A DNA stretch of 33,072 nt from a virus (IMGVR_UViG_3300033514_000261:1-33072); one strand, 5' to 3'. Shown: positions 1 to 8,382, counted from the stretch's first letter. Translations and numbers: made by a program. Notes: generated by a model from the sequence alone, not told the origin.

Positions 1-33
1 AAAAAAAAATAAAAAAAGGTTTAGACCTTAACT

Positions 34-1239
34 ATGGAAAAACAAATTATTCTATCTGAGACTTCTGCTAATGGAGAAGAATCAGAGCCACCGGTTGCTC
101 AGAAACCAAATGTCTTTAATAGACAAACCGAAGATGATAAGGTTATAGAATTCATCACAAACAACTACCCAAACACAACAATAGAACAATGGAACTCATG
201 GCAGTGGCAAGTAAAGAATAGTATTACCAAGTCAGATGATTTAATTAATATATTAGGGAAAAAAAGAGAAAATATAATTCTCAATATTCCAGAAAACCAC
301 TTACCTTTTAGAATAACACCTTACTTTGCTTCTTTATTAGATAGATTAGAAAGTAATCATCCATTGTACAAAACAATTATTCCAACTTTAAATGAATTAG
401 ATGTTTATGAAGGAGAATCACCAGATTCTTTAAATGAAGAACATAGTTCACCAGTTAAGAATATTGTACATAGATATCCAGATAGAGCATTATTTTTAGT
501 TACTGCTTTTTGTAGTACATATTGTAGATTTTGTACAAGAAGTTATATGGTAGCTAAACAAAATTCTATTAAAGTATCTCATAAAGATTGGGAAGATGCA
601 TTCAACTATTTAGAAAAACATACTGAAATAAGGGATATTATAGTGTCGGGGGGTGACCCTTTAACATTATCTGATGAACAATTAGAATATATATTAAGTA
701 GATTAAGAAGTATTGAACATATTGAAATCATTAGAATTGGTACAAAGGTTCCTACTGTATTACCTCAAAGAATTACACCAGAATTAGTGAATATGTTAAA
801 AAAATATCATCCACTATATTTAAGTGTACACTTTACTCATCCTGATGAATTCAGTAAAGAAACTAAAAGAGCTTGTAATATGTTAGTTGACAATGGAATA
901 GTATTAAGAAGTCAGACTGTATTATTAAAAGATATAAATGATAATGTAGAAACTATGAAAAAATTAATGCATAATTTATTATTAAATAGAATTGTACCAT
1001 ATTATTTGTATCAGATGGATAAAATTCCAGGTGCTAAGATATTTGAAACTACAATTGATAAGGGTATTGAAATAATAAGAGGGTTGCGTGGATTCACATC
1101 TGGTTATGCAATTCCACAATATATTGTTGATACTGCAATTGGAAAAATGCCAATAAGTCCAAATTACATAAAAGATATAAATGATGGAATTGTTACTTTT
1201 GAAAATTATGAAGGAAAATATATATCACAATATCATTAA
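34..1239 (+). CDS. kamA: KamA-family radical SAM enzyme (lysine 2,3-aminomutase/EpmB-like)
   Basis: CSTYCRFC radical SAM motif preceded by HRYPDR; SGGDPL, RIGTKVP, QTVLLK and PYYLYQ motifs typical of KamA. Confidence 0.9.
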   Translation: MEKQIILSETSANGEESEPPVAQKPNVFNRQTEDDKVIEFITNNYPNTTIEQWNSWQWQVKNSITKSDDLINILGKKRENIILNIPENHLPFRITPYFASLLDRLESNHPLYKTIIPTLNELDVYEGESPDSLNEEHSSPVKNIVHRYPDRALFLVTAFCSTYCRFCTRSYMVAKQNSIKVSHKDWEDAFNYLEKHTEIRDIIVSGGDPLTLSDEQLEYILSRLRSIEHIEIIRIGTKVPTVLPQRITPELVNMLKKYHPLYLSVHFTHPDEFSKETKRACNMLVDNGIVLRSQTVLLKDINDNVETMKKLMHNLLLNRIVPYYLYQMDKIPGAKIFETTIDKGIEIIRGLRGFTSGYAIPQYIVDTAIGKMPISPNYIKDINDGIVTFENYEGKYISQYH

Positions 1240-1258
1240 GAAATAAAAATACTTTAAG

Positions 1259-1293
1259 AAAAAGTAGAAGATTTATTTCTTCTACTTTTTTTT
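1259..1293 (+). terminator. Intrinsic terminator
   Basis: aaaaagtagaaga/tcttctacttttt hairpin followed by a T-run after kamA. Confidence 0.8.
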
Positions 1294-1335
1294 ATTAAAA
1301 ATATTTATTATCTTTGTAAAAATAATATTTTATAA

Positions 1336-1731
1336 ATGGTAGAAAAAATATTAAAATTAGGTGTAAAAAAAGGTCTGTGGACTGATAACTTCAAACAGTC
1401 TTGGAGAATTACTTATAGTGGTCATAAACAGTCAGATTCATCTAATAGAAGTTATAATATAATAAATATTATTATAAATATTGATGGTGTTGATATTCCT
1501 TGTTATACTTGGGATGGTTATAGAAGAGGATATTTACACTATTTACATTATGATAGTGATGAATCTTTTGATAATGGGTATCAAAAAAGATATGATTTAT
1601 ATGTACCAATAGATGATGTATTAGATGGGAATCCATTTTATACAACAAATAAAATAGAAAGAAGAAAATTAAAAATTGAAAAATTAATAAAAATAAAAAA
1701 TGAAAGATTACAGAATACTATTTCCATCTGA
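1336..1731 (+). CDS. Hypothetical protein with C-terminal RxxK[LI]xx[LI] motif
   Basis: ORF after TATCTTTG at 1309; contains ERRKLKIEKLIK near the C-terminus. Confidence 0.7.
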   Translation: MVEKILKLGVKKGLWTDNFKQSWRITYSGHKQSDSSNRSYNIINIIINIDGVDIPCYTWDGYRRGYLHYLHYDSDESFDNGYQKRYDLYVPIDDVLDGNPFYTTNKIERRKLKIEKLIKIKNERLQNTISI

Positions 1732-2575
1732 ACCTTTTGAACAAAAGGTTGTTGATTCTGCTTATACTGAAGAGTATAACATATGTAAACTTATGGGAAT
1801 TAAGACACATCTTTTTGATTATGAAGAATTAGTTGAAAATGATAAATTAGTATCTGATATATTTTTTGATGATAGTGCCACTCTTATTTATAGGGGATGG
1901 ATGTTAAAACCTGAACAATATAGTAAGTTGTATAATAAGATATTACATAAGACAAATGGATATGTAACTTTATTAAATTCACCAGAACAATATAAGACTT
2001 GTCATTGTTTCCCATTTGTATATAAAGAAATAAAAGATTATACACCTAAGATATTAGTATTTGATAAGTATAATGAAGTAATGGAATTATTTAGTATATT
2101 ACCATTATTGAATTTTGATTTCTTTTTAAAAGATTATGTAAAATCAATTAAGACAAATTTAGGAGTAGAAAAGATAACAAGAAAAATAAGTACAGGTGAT
2201 TTATTTAGAAAAATTCAAGAATTTGTAGAAGAAAGAGGTCATTTATTTACTGGTGGAATTGTATTTAAAGAATATGTTGATTTGAAAAAGGTAGATGGAA
2301 TTACTAATGAATGGAGAGCGTTTTATTTATATGGTAAACTTGTTGATATAAGTAATAATTCAAGTATTGATATATCTAAAGGAGAGCAACCACCTATTGA
2401 ATTTGTTGAAAGTGTAGGTAGGGTATTAGGTGAAAAAAGTAATTTCTTGACAATTGATTTTGCATTAAAAGAAAATGGAACTTGGACAATTATAGAAACA
2501 GGTGATGGTGGTGTATCAGGATTATCACCACATTGTAATGTATTAGGATTTTATAATAAGTTATTTGAAATTTAA
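1700..2575 (+). CDS. ATP-grasp domain protein (R2K/DUF4343-like)
   Basis: YRGWML, FLKDYVKS, EWRAF and TIDFA...WTIIETGDGGVSGL motifs. Confidence 0.8.
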   Translation: MKDYRILFPSEPFEQKVVDSAYTEEYNICKLMGIKTHLFDYEELVENDKLVSDIFFDDSATLIYRGWMLKPEQYSKLYNKILHKTNGYVTLLNSPEQYKTCHCFPFVYKEIKDYTPKILVFDKYNEVMELFSILPLLNFDFFLKDYVKSIKTNLGVEKITRKISTGDLFRKIQEFVEERGHLFTGGIVFKEYVDLKKVDGITNEWRAFYLYGKLVDISNNSSIDISKGEQPPIEFVESVGRVLGEKSNFLTIDFALKENGTWTIIETGDGGVSGLSPHCNVLGFYNKLFEI

Positions 2576-2588
2576 ATAACTTATTTTT

Positions 2589-2663
2589 GACCCGGTGGGC
2601 AAACTGGTAAAGTCGCTTGGCTCAAACCCAAGAGTTGTGAGGGTTCGATTCCCTTTCGGGTCA
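2589..2663 (+). tRNA. trnL: tRNA-Leu(CAA) with short variable loop
   Basis: Acceptor gacccgg/tcgggtc; anticodon arm cttgg-ctCAAac-ccaag; T arm gaggg-ttcgatt-ccctt. Confidence 0.85.
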
Positions 2664-2667
2664 CAAT

Positions 2668-2787
2668 ATGAAGAAGAAAAAGAAAACTGATTGGTGTAAA
2701 CAAAATGTACATGAAGTACATACAAATGAATATGGAATTATGTGGTGTGTTAAATGTGGATTATTAATTTCAGAAAAAAAATGTTAA
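2668..2787 (+). CDS. Small Cys/His protein (39 aa, not in ORF track)
   Basis: MKKKKKTDWCKQNVHEVHTNEYGIMWCVKCGLLISEKKC; stop overlaps the next ATG. Confidence 0.55.
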   Translation: MKKKKKTDWCKQNVHEVHTNEYGIMWCVKCGLLISEKKC

Positions 2788-2957
2788 GATTCACTATTCA
2801 TAATGATCCTATTAAAATGTGTGAACTTTATAAACACAAAGGATGTAGTCATGTAGATGGATTATTATGTGATATTGATCAGTGTAAAGAATTAATTGAT
2901 TACAGAAAGGAATTAGAAAGAATTAAGAAGATAAATAAAATAAGGAGATTATGTTAG
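2781..2957 (+). CDS. Small Cys/His protein with C-terminal RxxK[LI]xx[LI] motif
   Basis: Likely start ATG 2781 (MLRFTIHND); C/H cluster; ends ERIKKINKIRRLC. Confidence 0.65.
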   Translation: MLRFTIHNDPIKMCELYKHKGCSHVDGLLCDIDQCKELIDYRKELERIKKINKIRRLC

Positions 2958-3700
2958 ATAAGATTAAAAGAATAAAGTATGCTAGGATGAAACCGGAAGA
3001 AAGGTATGCTTATGGTATTTTTACTAATTTAGTTGAATATTATTATAAAGATGATATTAATGATGTTTATTATAAACATAATGATATTACTATTTTTAAT
3101 TATAAATTAAATAGTGGTGATTTTTGGTGTGATCATTATAATTTTTGGGCAGTTTTACAAAATGAATATCAGCTTAATTATGAACAAATATCAGCTTTAG
3201 TAAAACATATGGTGGAAGAATATATAATTAAAAAGGATGTAACACTCCAATTTCTATTATCCCATTTGTCTTACTCGGAGGAAGACCAACTAATTAAAAA
3301 GGATGTTACACCAAGTCGATATGGGGTTGGTGATCACAATTTTGTAGAAGAACACCTAATTAAAAAAGATATAAAACCTTTCGCTAATGAATATATTACA
3401 TCAGTAGGTCAAGATGAAGACTTAATTAAAAAGGATGTAACACCTAAAGGATATGTGCATACTATGAACATATTGGTGGAAGAACAGTTAATTAAAAAGG
3501 ATGTAACAACAAAAAAAAGAATTTTCCCTGTATCATCATGGGATAAAGAAAACCTAATTAAAAAGGATGTATTACCAGGAATAATCCCAACACCATTATC
3601 AGAAACAGTGGTTGAAAACTTAATTAAAAAGGATATAAACCCATTAGCAAAACTTTTTGCGGCAGATTCAACAATAGAAGGAAATATAATTAAAAAATAA
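2951..3700 (+). CDS. Protein with eight 22-aa repeats (ExLIKKDV core plus variable segment)
   Basis: IKK core repeats 8 times in the C-terminal two-thirds. Confidence 0.8.
   Translation: MLDKIKRIKYARMKPEERYAYGIFTNLVEYYYKDDINDVYYKHNDITIFNYKLNSGDFWCDHYNFWAVLQNEYQLNYEQISALVKHMVEEYIIKKDVTLQFLLSHLSYSEEDQLIKKDVTPSRYGVGDHNFVEEHLIKKDIKPFANEYITSVGQDEDLIKKDVTPKGYVHTMNILVEEQLIKKDVTTKKRIFPVSSWDKENLIKKDVLPGIIPTPLSETVVENLIKKDINPLAKLFAADSTIEGNIIKK
3211..3700 (+). repeat. 66-nt-period coding repeat
   Basis: aattaaaaa core at 3226, 3292, 3358, 3424, 3490, 3556, 3622, 3688. Confidence 0.9.
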
Positions 3701-3703
3701 ATT

Positions 3704-4063
3704 ATGAAAGTAAGTTTTGATTTTGATGGAACATTAAGTGAAGACTTTGTACAAGTCATTGCTAAATCTATGTTAGATAGTGGACATGATGTATGGGTTA
3801 TTACTTCCCGTAATGAAGGTCATAATTGGAATATGGATGTATTTGAAACTTGTTTGAGTATTAAATTACCATTACAAAAAGTAATATTTACCAATGGTCA
3901 GTTAAAACAAGGTGAATATGCAAGGGGTGGATTTGAATTACATTTTGATAATGATTGGGAAGAAGTATCAGTAATTAATGAAAATGGTGGACATGCAATT
4001 TTAATCAATCCAGATTTTGAAGAAATTTATAGTGAAATGAATTATAGGAGAAATGAATTATGA
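3704..4063 (+). CDS. Minimal HAD-superfamily hydrolase
   Basis: SFDFDGTL motif I, ITSR motif II, HFDND motif IV. Confidence 0.75.
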   Translation: MKVSFDFDGTLSEDFVQVIAKSMLDSGHDVWVITSRNEGHNWNMDVFETCLSIKLPLQKVIFTNGQLKQGEYARGGFELHFDNDWEEVSVINENGGHAILINPDFEEIYSEMNYRRNEL

Positions 4064-4632
4064 CAGAAAGAAGAGATAATCGTTATTGGATAGATTATAG
4101 AAAAACAATTAATATTGTAAATATTGGTGATAAAAAGACAATATATGCATATGACCATGAACAAAGATATATTACTGTTTTGATAAAATTAGGATATCTT
4201 GAAAGATGTATTTATCCAAATAGATATCATATGGGTAATGAATATAAGAAACTTAAAGATATACCAGAAGATTTAAGATGGATGGAAGCTTTAAGATTAT
4301 CTAAAACAATTCCTGTTGAAAAAAAAGGACGGAAGAAATATAGTTACTTTAATAATGTAGTAGAACAATTGAACAGAATGGATATTAATCATGTTTTTCA
4401 AAGGTCTGTTTTTAGTAAGGGTAATAATTATAATTCATTAACAGGATACTTTTCACTTCTAACAAGATTAGAATATATTGAAAAAATGCCTGAAAGGGGA
4501 GCTTATAAATACATTAAAAGAATACCAGATGGATTGACTACAACTTTAGCAAATAAAATGTTGACTGATAAATTTTATAAGAGAGCAAGAAAATTACAAA
4601 AATTAAGAGAAAAACTAAATGGAACTAATTGA
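4060..4632 (+). CDS. Hypothetical protein with internal duplication (possibly winged-helix) and C-terminal motif
   Basis: YITVLIKLGYLER..YKKLKDIPEDL resembles YFSLLTRLEYIEK..YKYIKRIPDGL; ends KRARKLQKLRE. Confidence 0.7.
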   Translation: MTERRDNRYWIDYRKTINIVNIGDKKTIYAYDHEQRYITVLIKLGYLERCIYPNRYHMGNEYKKLKDIPEDLRWMEALRLSKTIPVEKKGRKKYSYFNNVVEQLNRMDINHVFQRSVFSKGNNYNSLTGYFSLLTRLEYIEKMPERGAYKYIKRIPDGLTTTLANKMLTDKFYKRARKLQKLREKLNGTN

Positions 4633-4996
4633 TTTTGATAACATTAAACGTAATTCATATTATAGGGGAGTTTCCACATATGATTTTAATGAATTATTTC
4701 TTCAACTATTAATAGTTAAAGAAGAAAATAATGGTACTTTCCCTGGTCCTTTACAATTAATTAAAATATTAAAAGATAAAGGTGGATATGGATTAAAAGA
4801 TACAAAAGATTTTTATGATCTTTTCAGAGATTTAAAGTTGATTGATAGTCAAACTAGGACAATATCAAAATATATAGATGAAATAAATTCTTTTAGTGAT
4901 ATAAAATATATGGTTGAAAATGAATTAAATATTGTACATTTCTTAAGATTGAAGAAATTAAAGAAAATAAAATCAAACATATTGACTAAATCTTAA
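4619..4996 (+). CDS. Hypothetical protein with C-terminal motif
   Basis: Overlapping operonic ORF; LRLKKLKKIKS near the C-terminus. Confidence 0.7.
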   Translation: MELIDFDNIKRNSYYRGVSTYDFNELFLQLLIVKEENNGTFPGPLQLIKILKDKGGYGLKDTKDFYDLFRDLKLIDSQTRTISKYIDEINSFSDIKYMVENELNIVHFLRLKKLKKIKSNILTKS

Positions 4997-5007
4997 TATA
5001 ATACAAA

Positions 5008-5259
5008 ATGAAAAGCAAATATACCATTGAACAGACTAAAACAATTATTACAAGATTAGCATTACTTGAAATATCTTGGTTCATAATGTTAATATTAACA
5101 ATGATTATTAGTAGTCAACCTGCTACTTTAATATTTGGAATATGGTGTTTGATTACAGGATTGGTTATGATGGTATTTAAAAAAAGATATAATCAATGGT
5201 ATAATAATAATCTTGATAATATAAAGAAAATTGAAGAAGAATTAATTGATGAAAATTAA
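5008..5259 (+). CDS. Small membrane protein
   Basis: Two hydrophobic segments. Confidence 0.65.
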   Translation: MKSKYTIEQTKTIITRLALLEISWFIMLILTMIISSQPATLIFGIWCLITGLVMMVFKKRYNQWYNNNLDNIKKIEEELIDEN

Positions 5260-5279
5260 TAAAAATAAATTAAAATAAA

Positions 5280-5573
5280 ATGGAAAAGGTGGAAGTAAAA
5301 TTTAAAACTTGTGAAGCAGTACATATAGATGTACAATGCGAACGAAATGATTCAGAAGATATTGAATGTGGTGGACCAGTAATGTTGGGATATTCATTTT
5401 ATATTTCAAAGTCAGATAACTTATCTGAATATAAACAATTTATAAAAGATTGTCTTGAAAAATATAACAGACCTTTTGTAAATATGGTTATTACTCTTAA
5501 AAGTAGACTGAATACTAAATATCTTAATGATAAGAAACAAATAGAAGAAACAATTAGAGTTGAATCAATTTAA
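5280..5573 (+). CDS. Hypothetical protein
   Basis: ORF with A-rich leader in a co-oriented gene string. Confidence 0.65.
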   Translation: MEKVEVKFKTCEAVHIDVQCERNDSEDIECGGPVMLGYSFYISKSDNLSEYKQFIKDCLEKYNRPFVNMVITLKSRLNTKYLNDKKQIEETIRVESI

Positions 5574-5578
5574 TTATT

Positions 5579-5722
5579 ATGTCATTAGATAAATTTACTC
5601 CAAATTTTGATTTTGCTTCTTTATATCCAACTGTAATGAAGGTTTATAATAATGATTATTTTAAAATGATTGAAAGAAGAAAGAAATTAGATAAAATAAT
5701 TAACAGGATGAACAATGTATAA
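5579..5722 (+). CDS. 47-aa peptide with FDFASLYP and the C-terminal motif (not in ORF track)
   Basis: MSLDKFTPNFDFASLYPTVMKVYNNDYFKMIERRKKLDKIINRMNNV; fills the gap between neighbouring ORFs. Confidence 0.65.
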   Translation: MSLDKFTPNFDFASLYPTVMKVYNNDYFKMIERRKKLDKIINRMNNV

Positions 5723-5912
5723 CTATATTTATTGTAATAGGTGTGAAAGATTTTATCTTAATTGGTCAGTTGACTTTGGTAGTATGGATAAAGCATGTCC
5801 TAAATGTTTCACTAAAGATATTATAGAATATAGGTCAGATAGTTTTGCTGGTATGGCTCAGGTAGAAAGAGAATATAAATTAAGAAAATTAAATGGAATC
5901 AACAGAACTTGA
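5715..5912 (+). CDS. Zinc-ribbon protein with C-terminal motif
   Basis: CNRC...CPKC; ends EREYKLRKLNGINRT. Confidence 0.7.
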   Translation: MYNYIYCNRCERFYLNWSVDFGSMDKACPKCFTKDIIEYRSDSFAGMAQVEREYKLRKLNGINRT

Positions 5913-6096
5913 TAAATTAGCACATACATTATTTATCAATCATATGATTAAATTTGATCCTATGAATAAATTCCTTTCACCACCAATACATGTATTTATT
6001 TATTATAAAGAAAAAGAATTGTTTAGTGAATTTTATGATAAGGCAAGGTTAGAATTAAGAAAGAATAAGATTAATAAAATAAAAAAATGCATCTAA
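5893..6096 (+). CDS. Hypothetical protein with C-terminal motif
   Basis: Ends ELRKNKINKIKKCI; resembles 6563..6745. Confidence 0.7.
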   Translation: MESTELDKLAHTLFINHMIKFDPMNKFLSPPIHVFIYYKEKELFSEFYDKARLELRKNKINKIKKCI

Positions 6097-6575
6097 TAGA
6101 ATATATTTTACAAAGTGATAAGATAGTAATTGGTACTGATTCAAGTTATTTATCTTACATTTCTACAATTAAATTGGTAAAAAAACTTGAAACATATTTA
6201 GGTAAAGATAATTGTATAGAAATAACTGAAAATATATCTGATTTTATTAAAAATAATAATATATATGGTAAATATACTATTTCTAATAATAATTATTATC
6301 TTCCTATTAAAGAATTAAAAAATATTAATATAAGAAATAAAAAATATATACTTGTATCACCAAAATATACCAATGTCTTAACTGGTTTAAATGCTGTACC
6401 ATCTATATTAATGTATGAATCAAATTTAGTATTAAGTGTAGATGAAGGAATATTAAAATCATTGAAAAACAGATATATTAGTCAAGAATTAGAAAAGGGA
6501 ATAGATTTATCAGAATATTTTTTACAAGAAAGAAAAGATAAAATAATTAAAATAAGAGAAAAGTGGAAGATGTAA
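6087..6575 (+). CDS. Hypothetical protein with C-terminal motif
   Basis: Ends ERKDKIIKIREKWKM. Confidence 0.7.
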   Translation: MHLIEYILQSDKIVIGTDSSYLSYISTIKLVKKLETYLGKDNCIEITENISDFIKNNNIYGKYTISNNNYYLPIKELKNINIRNKKYILVSPKYTNVLTGLNAVPSILMYESNLVLSVDEGILKSLKNRYISQELEKGIDLSEYFLQERKDKIIKIREKWKM

Positions 6576-6745
6576 TTAAAGATAAGGCATATAGTTTATA
6601 TTTAAGTAAAATAAAAACAAAATATTGTTATCCTAAAGAAATATTCTTTGAATCACATCCAGATAGATTTCATTATATACAAGAAGTAAAAATAGAACTT
6701 AGAAAAATAAAATTAAAAAAACTTCAAAAAAATTTGGTAGAATGA
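6563..6745 (+). CDS. Hypothetical protein with C-terminal motif
   Basis: Ends ELRKIKLKKLQKNLVE. Confidence 0.7.
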   Translation: MEDVIKDKAYSLYLSKIKTKYCYPKEIFFESHPDRFHYIQEVKIELRKIKLKKLQKNLVE

Positions 6746-6764
6746 AAATCTTGTATTATCTTTG
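6733..6764 (+). promoter_or_regulatory. Bacteroidota-type -33/-7 promoter (representative; also at 7054, 12230, 12485, 14755, 15537, 17767, 18131)
   Basis: TTTG-N19/20-TATCTTTG matches the TTTG/TAnnTTTG consensus of the Bacteroidota primary sigma factor. Confidence 0.85.
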
Positions 6765-6786
6765 TATCATAATTAGAAAATAAATC

Positions 6787-6824
6787 AAAAATGGATAAAA
6801 ATGATATTTTTAATTAAATATATA
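6787..6824 (+). promoter_or_regulatory. Phage-specific promoter-like motif AAAATGG...ATATATA
   Basis: aaaaatggataaaaatgatatttttaattaaatatata closely matches the elements upstream of the capsid and protease genes. Confidence 0.6.
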
Positions 6825-6887
6825 CTTTTATTAAACTTTTGAAAAAACTTTGTATATAAGAATAAAATTAAATAATAAACAAAACAA

Positions 6888-6974
6888 ATGAACTTAAACT
6901 TAAATATAACCTTGAATTCTTCATTAGAGAATACAAATAGTGATACAAAAACACTAATCGGGATTGATATGTAA
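6888..6974 (+). CDS. Putative leader peptide (28 aa)
   Basis: MNLNLNITLNSSLENTNSDTKTLIGIDM with A-rich leader, directly upstream of a terminator. Confidence 0.6.
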   Translation: MNLNLNITLNSSLENTNSDTKTLIGIDM

Positions 6975-6993
6975 ATAAGTCATACATAATATC

Positions 6994-7030
6994 AAAAACC
7001 CGGTTTGAAAAAATCGGGTTTTTTGTTTTT
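6994..7030 (+). terminator. Intrinsic terminator (candidate attenuator)
   Basis: aaaaacccggttt/aaatcgggttttt hairpin plus T-run. Confidence 0.8.
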
Positions 7031-7307
7031 ATAAAAAGTTTTTTGAAAATAAATTTGGTGGAGTCGAAAATAACATTTATCTTTGTACTCTATTAAAAAG
7101 GAAAAAGTTCCTTGACATGTTGGACTATTAAAAATAAGTAAATTTATTTTATAATAAAATGTAGCATTGGTAGTATGCATCATCTAAGGAGTGAATCGTA
7201 CCAAGTAGATTTAAAAACATTACGGTAATAGTAGTGTAAATAGTAGAAATTGGACAAATATGGATTCTTTGGTGTAACAACACATTATTATAAAATATAT
7301 TGAAAAT

Positions 7308-7499
7308 AAAAGAGGATATTTGTCCTTGATTATAATCTTTATACCAGAAATGGGAGAGTACCTGATATTTTCTATGAAAATATTGTTAACACTACACAGG
7401 TTCGAAGAGAGATTTTACTCAAGATGATGGTTACAGAAATTATAGTATGTATTTACGTAAGGACATCCGATAAAGACTTTAATCAAGGACACCTCTTTT
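7308..7499 (+). ncRNA. Unassigned structured RNA, about 190 nt
   Basis: Terminal helices aaaagagg/cctctttt, tgtccttgatta/taatcaaggaca and tctttat/ataaaga. Confidence 0.6.
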
Positions 7500-7505
7500 C
7501 TATAT

Positions 7506-7579
7506 GCTCGGTTCGTCTAGCTGGTCAGGACGTCAGGTTTTCATCCTGGAGATCAGGGGTTCGAACCCCCTACCGAGTG
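7506..7579 (+). tRNA. trnE: tRNA-Glu(TTC)
   Basis: gctcggt/accgagt; tcagg-ttTTCat-cctgg; GTTCGAA T loop. Confidence 0.92.
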
Positions 7580-7580
7580 C

Positions 7581-7705
7581 AATTATTATAACAGTGAGAA
7601 GTATTGGTTCGACTCCAAGGTGGGCCGTATCGGATGGCGAAGTAATTCTAAGTGTATTCCCGATATGACGTACCCCAATCCAGGAAGGTATGGATTATAA
7701 TAATT
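7581..7705 (+). ncRNA. Unassigned structured RNA with a T-arm-like hairpin
   Basis: 11-bp closing stem aattattataa/ttataataatt; ttgg-ttcgact-ccaa; gtatcgg/ccgatat. Confidence 0.5.
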
Positions 7706-7711
7706 ACAAAT

Positions 7712-7783
7712 GCTCGGTTCATATAACGGCCAGTATAAATGGTTTTCATCCATTAAATAGGAGTTCGATTCTCCTACCGAGTA
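7712..7783 (+). tRNA. trnE: tRNA-Glu(TTC), second copy
   Basis: gctcggt/accgagt; aatgg-ttTTCat-ccatt. Confidence 0.9.
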
Positions 7784-7802
7784 CTAAGTTTTCAAAATAT
7801 AT

Positions 7803-7891
7803 TGCGGGGTGGAGAAGTTGGTTATCTCACCTGTCTCATAAGCACGGAGTCCCCTATAAGGTTTACACTGGTTCGAATCCAGTTCCCGCAA
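7803..7891 (+). tRNA. trnM: tRNA-Met(CAT), initiator-like body, atypical
   Basis: tgcgggg/tcccgca; ctCATaa loop; bulged anticodon stem and long variable region. Confidence 0.75.
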
Positions 7892-7919
7892 CTAAATAAT
7901 TTTTAACCTAAAATTATGT

Positions 7920-8207
7920 ATGAATTATTTTAATAATGTATTAATTAATGAACAGATATTCAATGGGTGGGATGCAGATATTATTTTAAATGACCAAAAA
8001 ATTGCAATATTATGGAATGGTAAATGGCATTATAAAAAAATTAAAAAAGAACATTCTGTTGAACAAGTACAAAATAGAGATAAAATTAAAATAAAAGAAA
8101 TTAAAAAATTAGGATATACACCATATATTATTAAAGATATGGGTAAATTTAATAAAGAATTTGTTGAAAATGAATTTGAGAAATTAAAAATTATAATGGG
8201 GGTGTAG
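7920..8207 (+). CDS. Truncated Vsr/DUF559-like PD-(D/E)xK endonuclease
   Basis: DADIIL..IAILWNGKWHY..RDKIK..LGY; appears to lack an N-terminal region. Confidence 0.55.
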   Translation: MNYFNNVLINEQIFNGWDADIILNDQKIAILWNGKWHYKKIKKEHSVEQVQNRDKIKIKEIKKLGYTPYIIKDMGKFNKEFVENEFEKLKIIMGV

Positions 8208-8286
8208 CTGATCAGGTTTAGCTGCAGACTGTTAATCTGTGAATGAAAATATTGAAATAAAGTAGGTTCGAATCCTTCCTCCCCCG
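8198..8286 (+). tRNA. trnN: tRNA-Asn(GTT) with enlarged variable region
   Basis: gcaga-ctGTTaa-tctgt; GGTTCGAATCC; about 21-nt variable region. Confidence 0.75.
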
Positions 8287-8292
8287 CAAACT

Positions 8293-8375
8293 GGATGTAT
8301 GATTAAGGTGTAAAAACTTTAAAAATCTTTAAGTTGGTTTGATCACCAAAATAGGTTAAAATCCTATTACATTCT
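8293..8375 (+). pseudogene. Degenerate tRNA
   Basis: Acceptor ggatgta/tacattc and T arm atagg-ttaaaat-cctat; no clear D or anticodon arm. Confidence 0.5.
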
Positions 8376-8382
8376 TTTAAAT

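Noticed and set aside
3211-3700. True CRISPR array
   Set aside because: Repeats are degenerate with synonymous-type variation, are non-palindromic, lie in one open frame, and no cas genes are in the window.
3409-3759. Minus-strand ORF
   Set aside because: Shadow of the repeat protein gene.
6992-7899. ORFs 6992..7183 (-) and 7690..7899 (+)
   Set aside because: They overlap terminator, promoter and tRNA genes.
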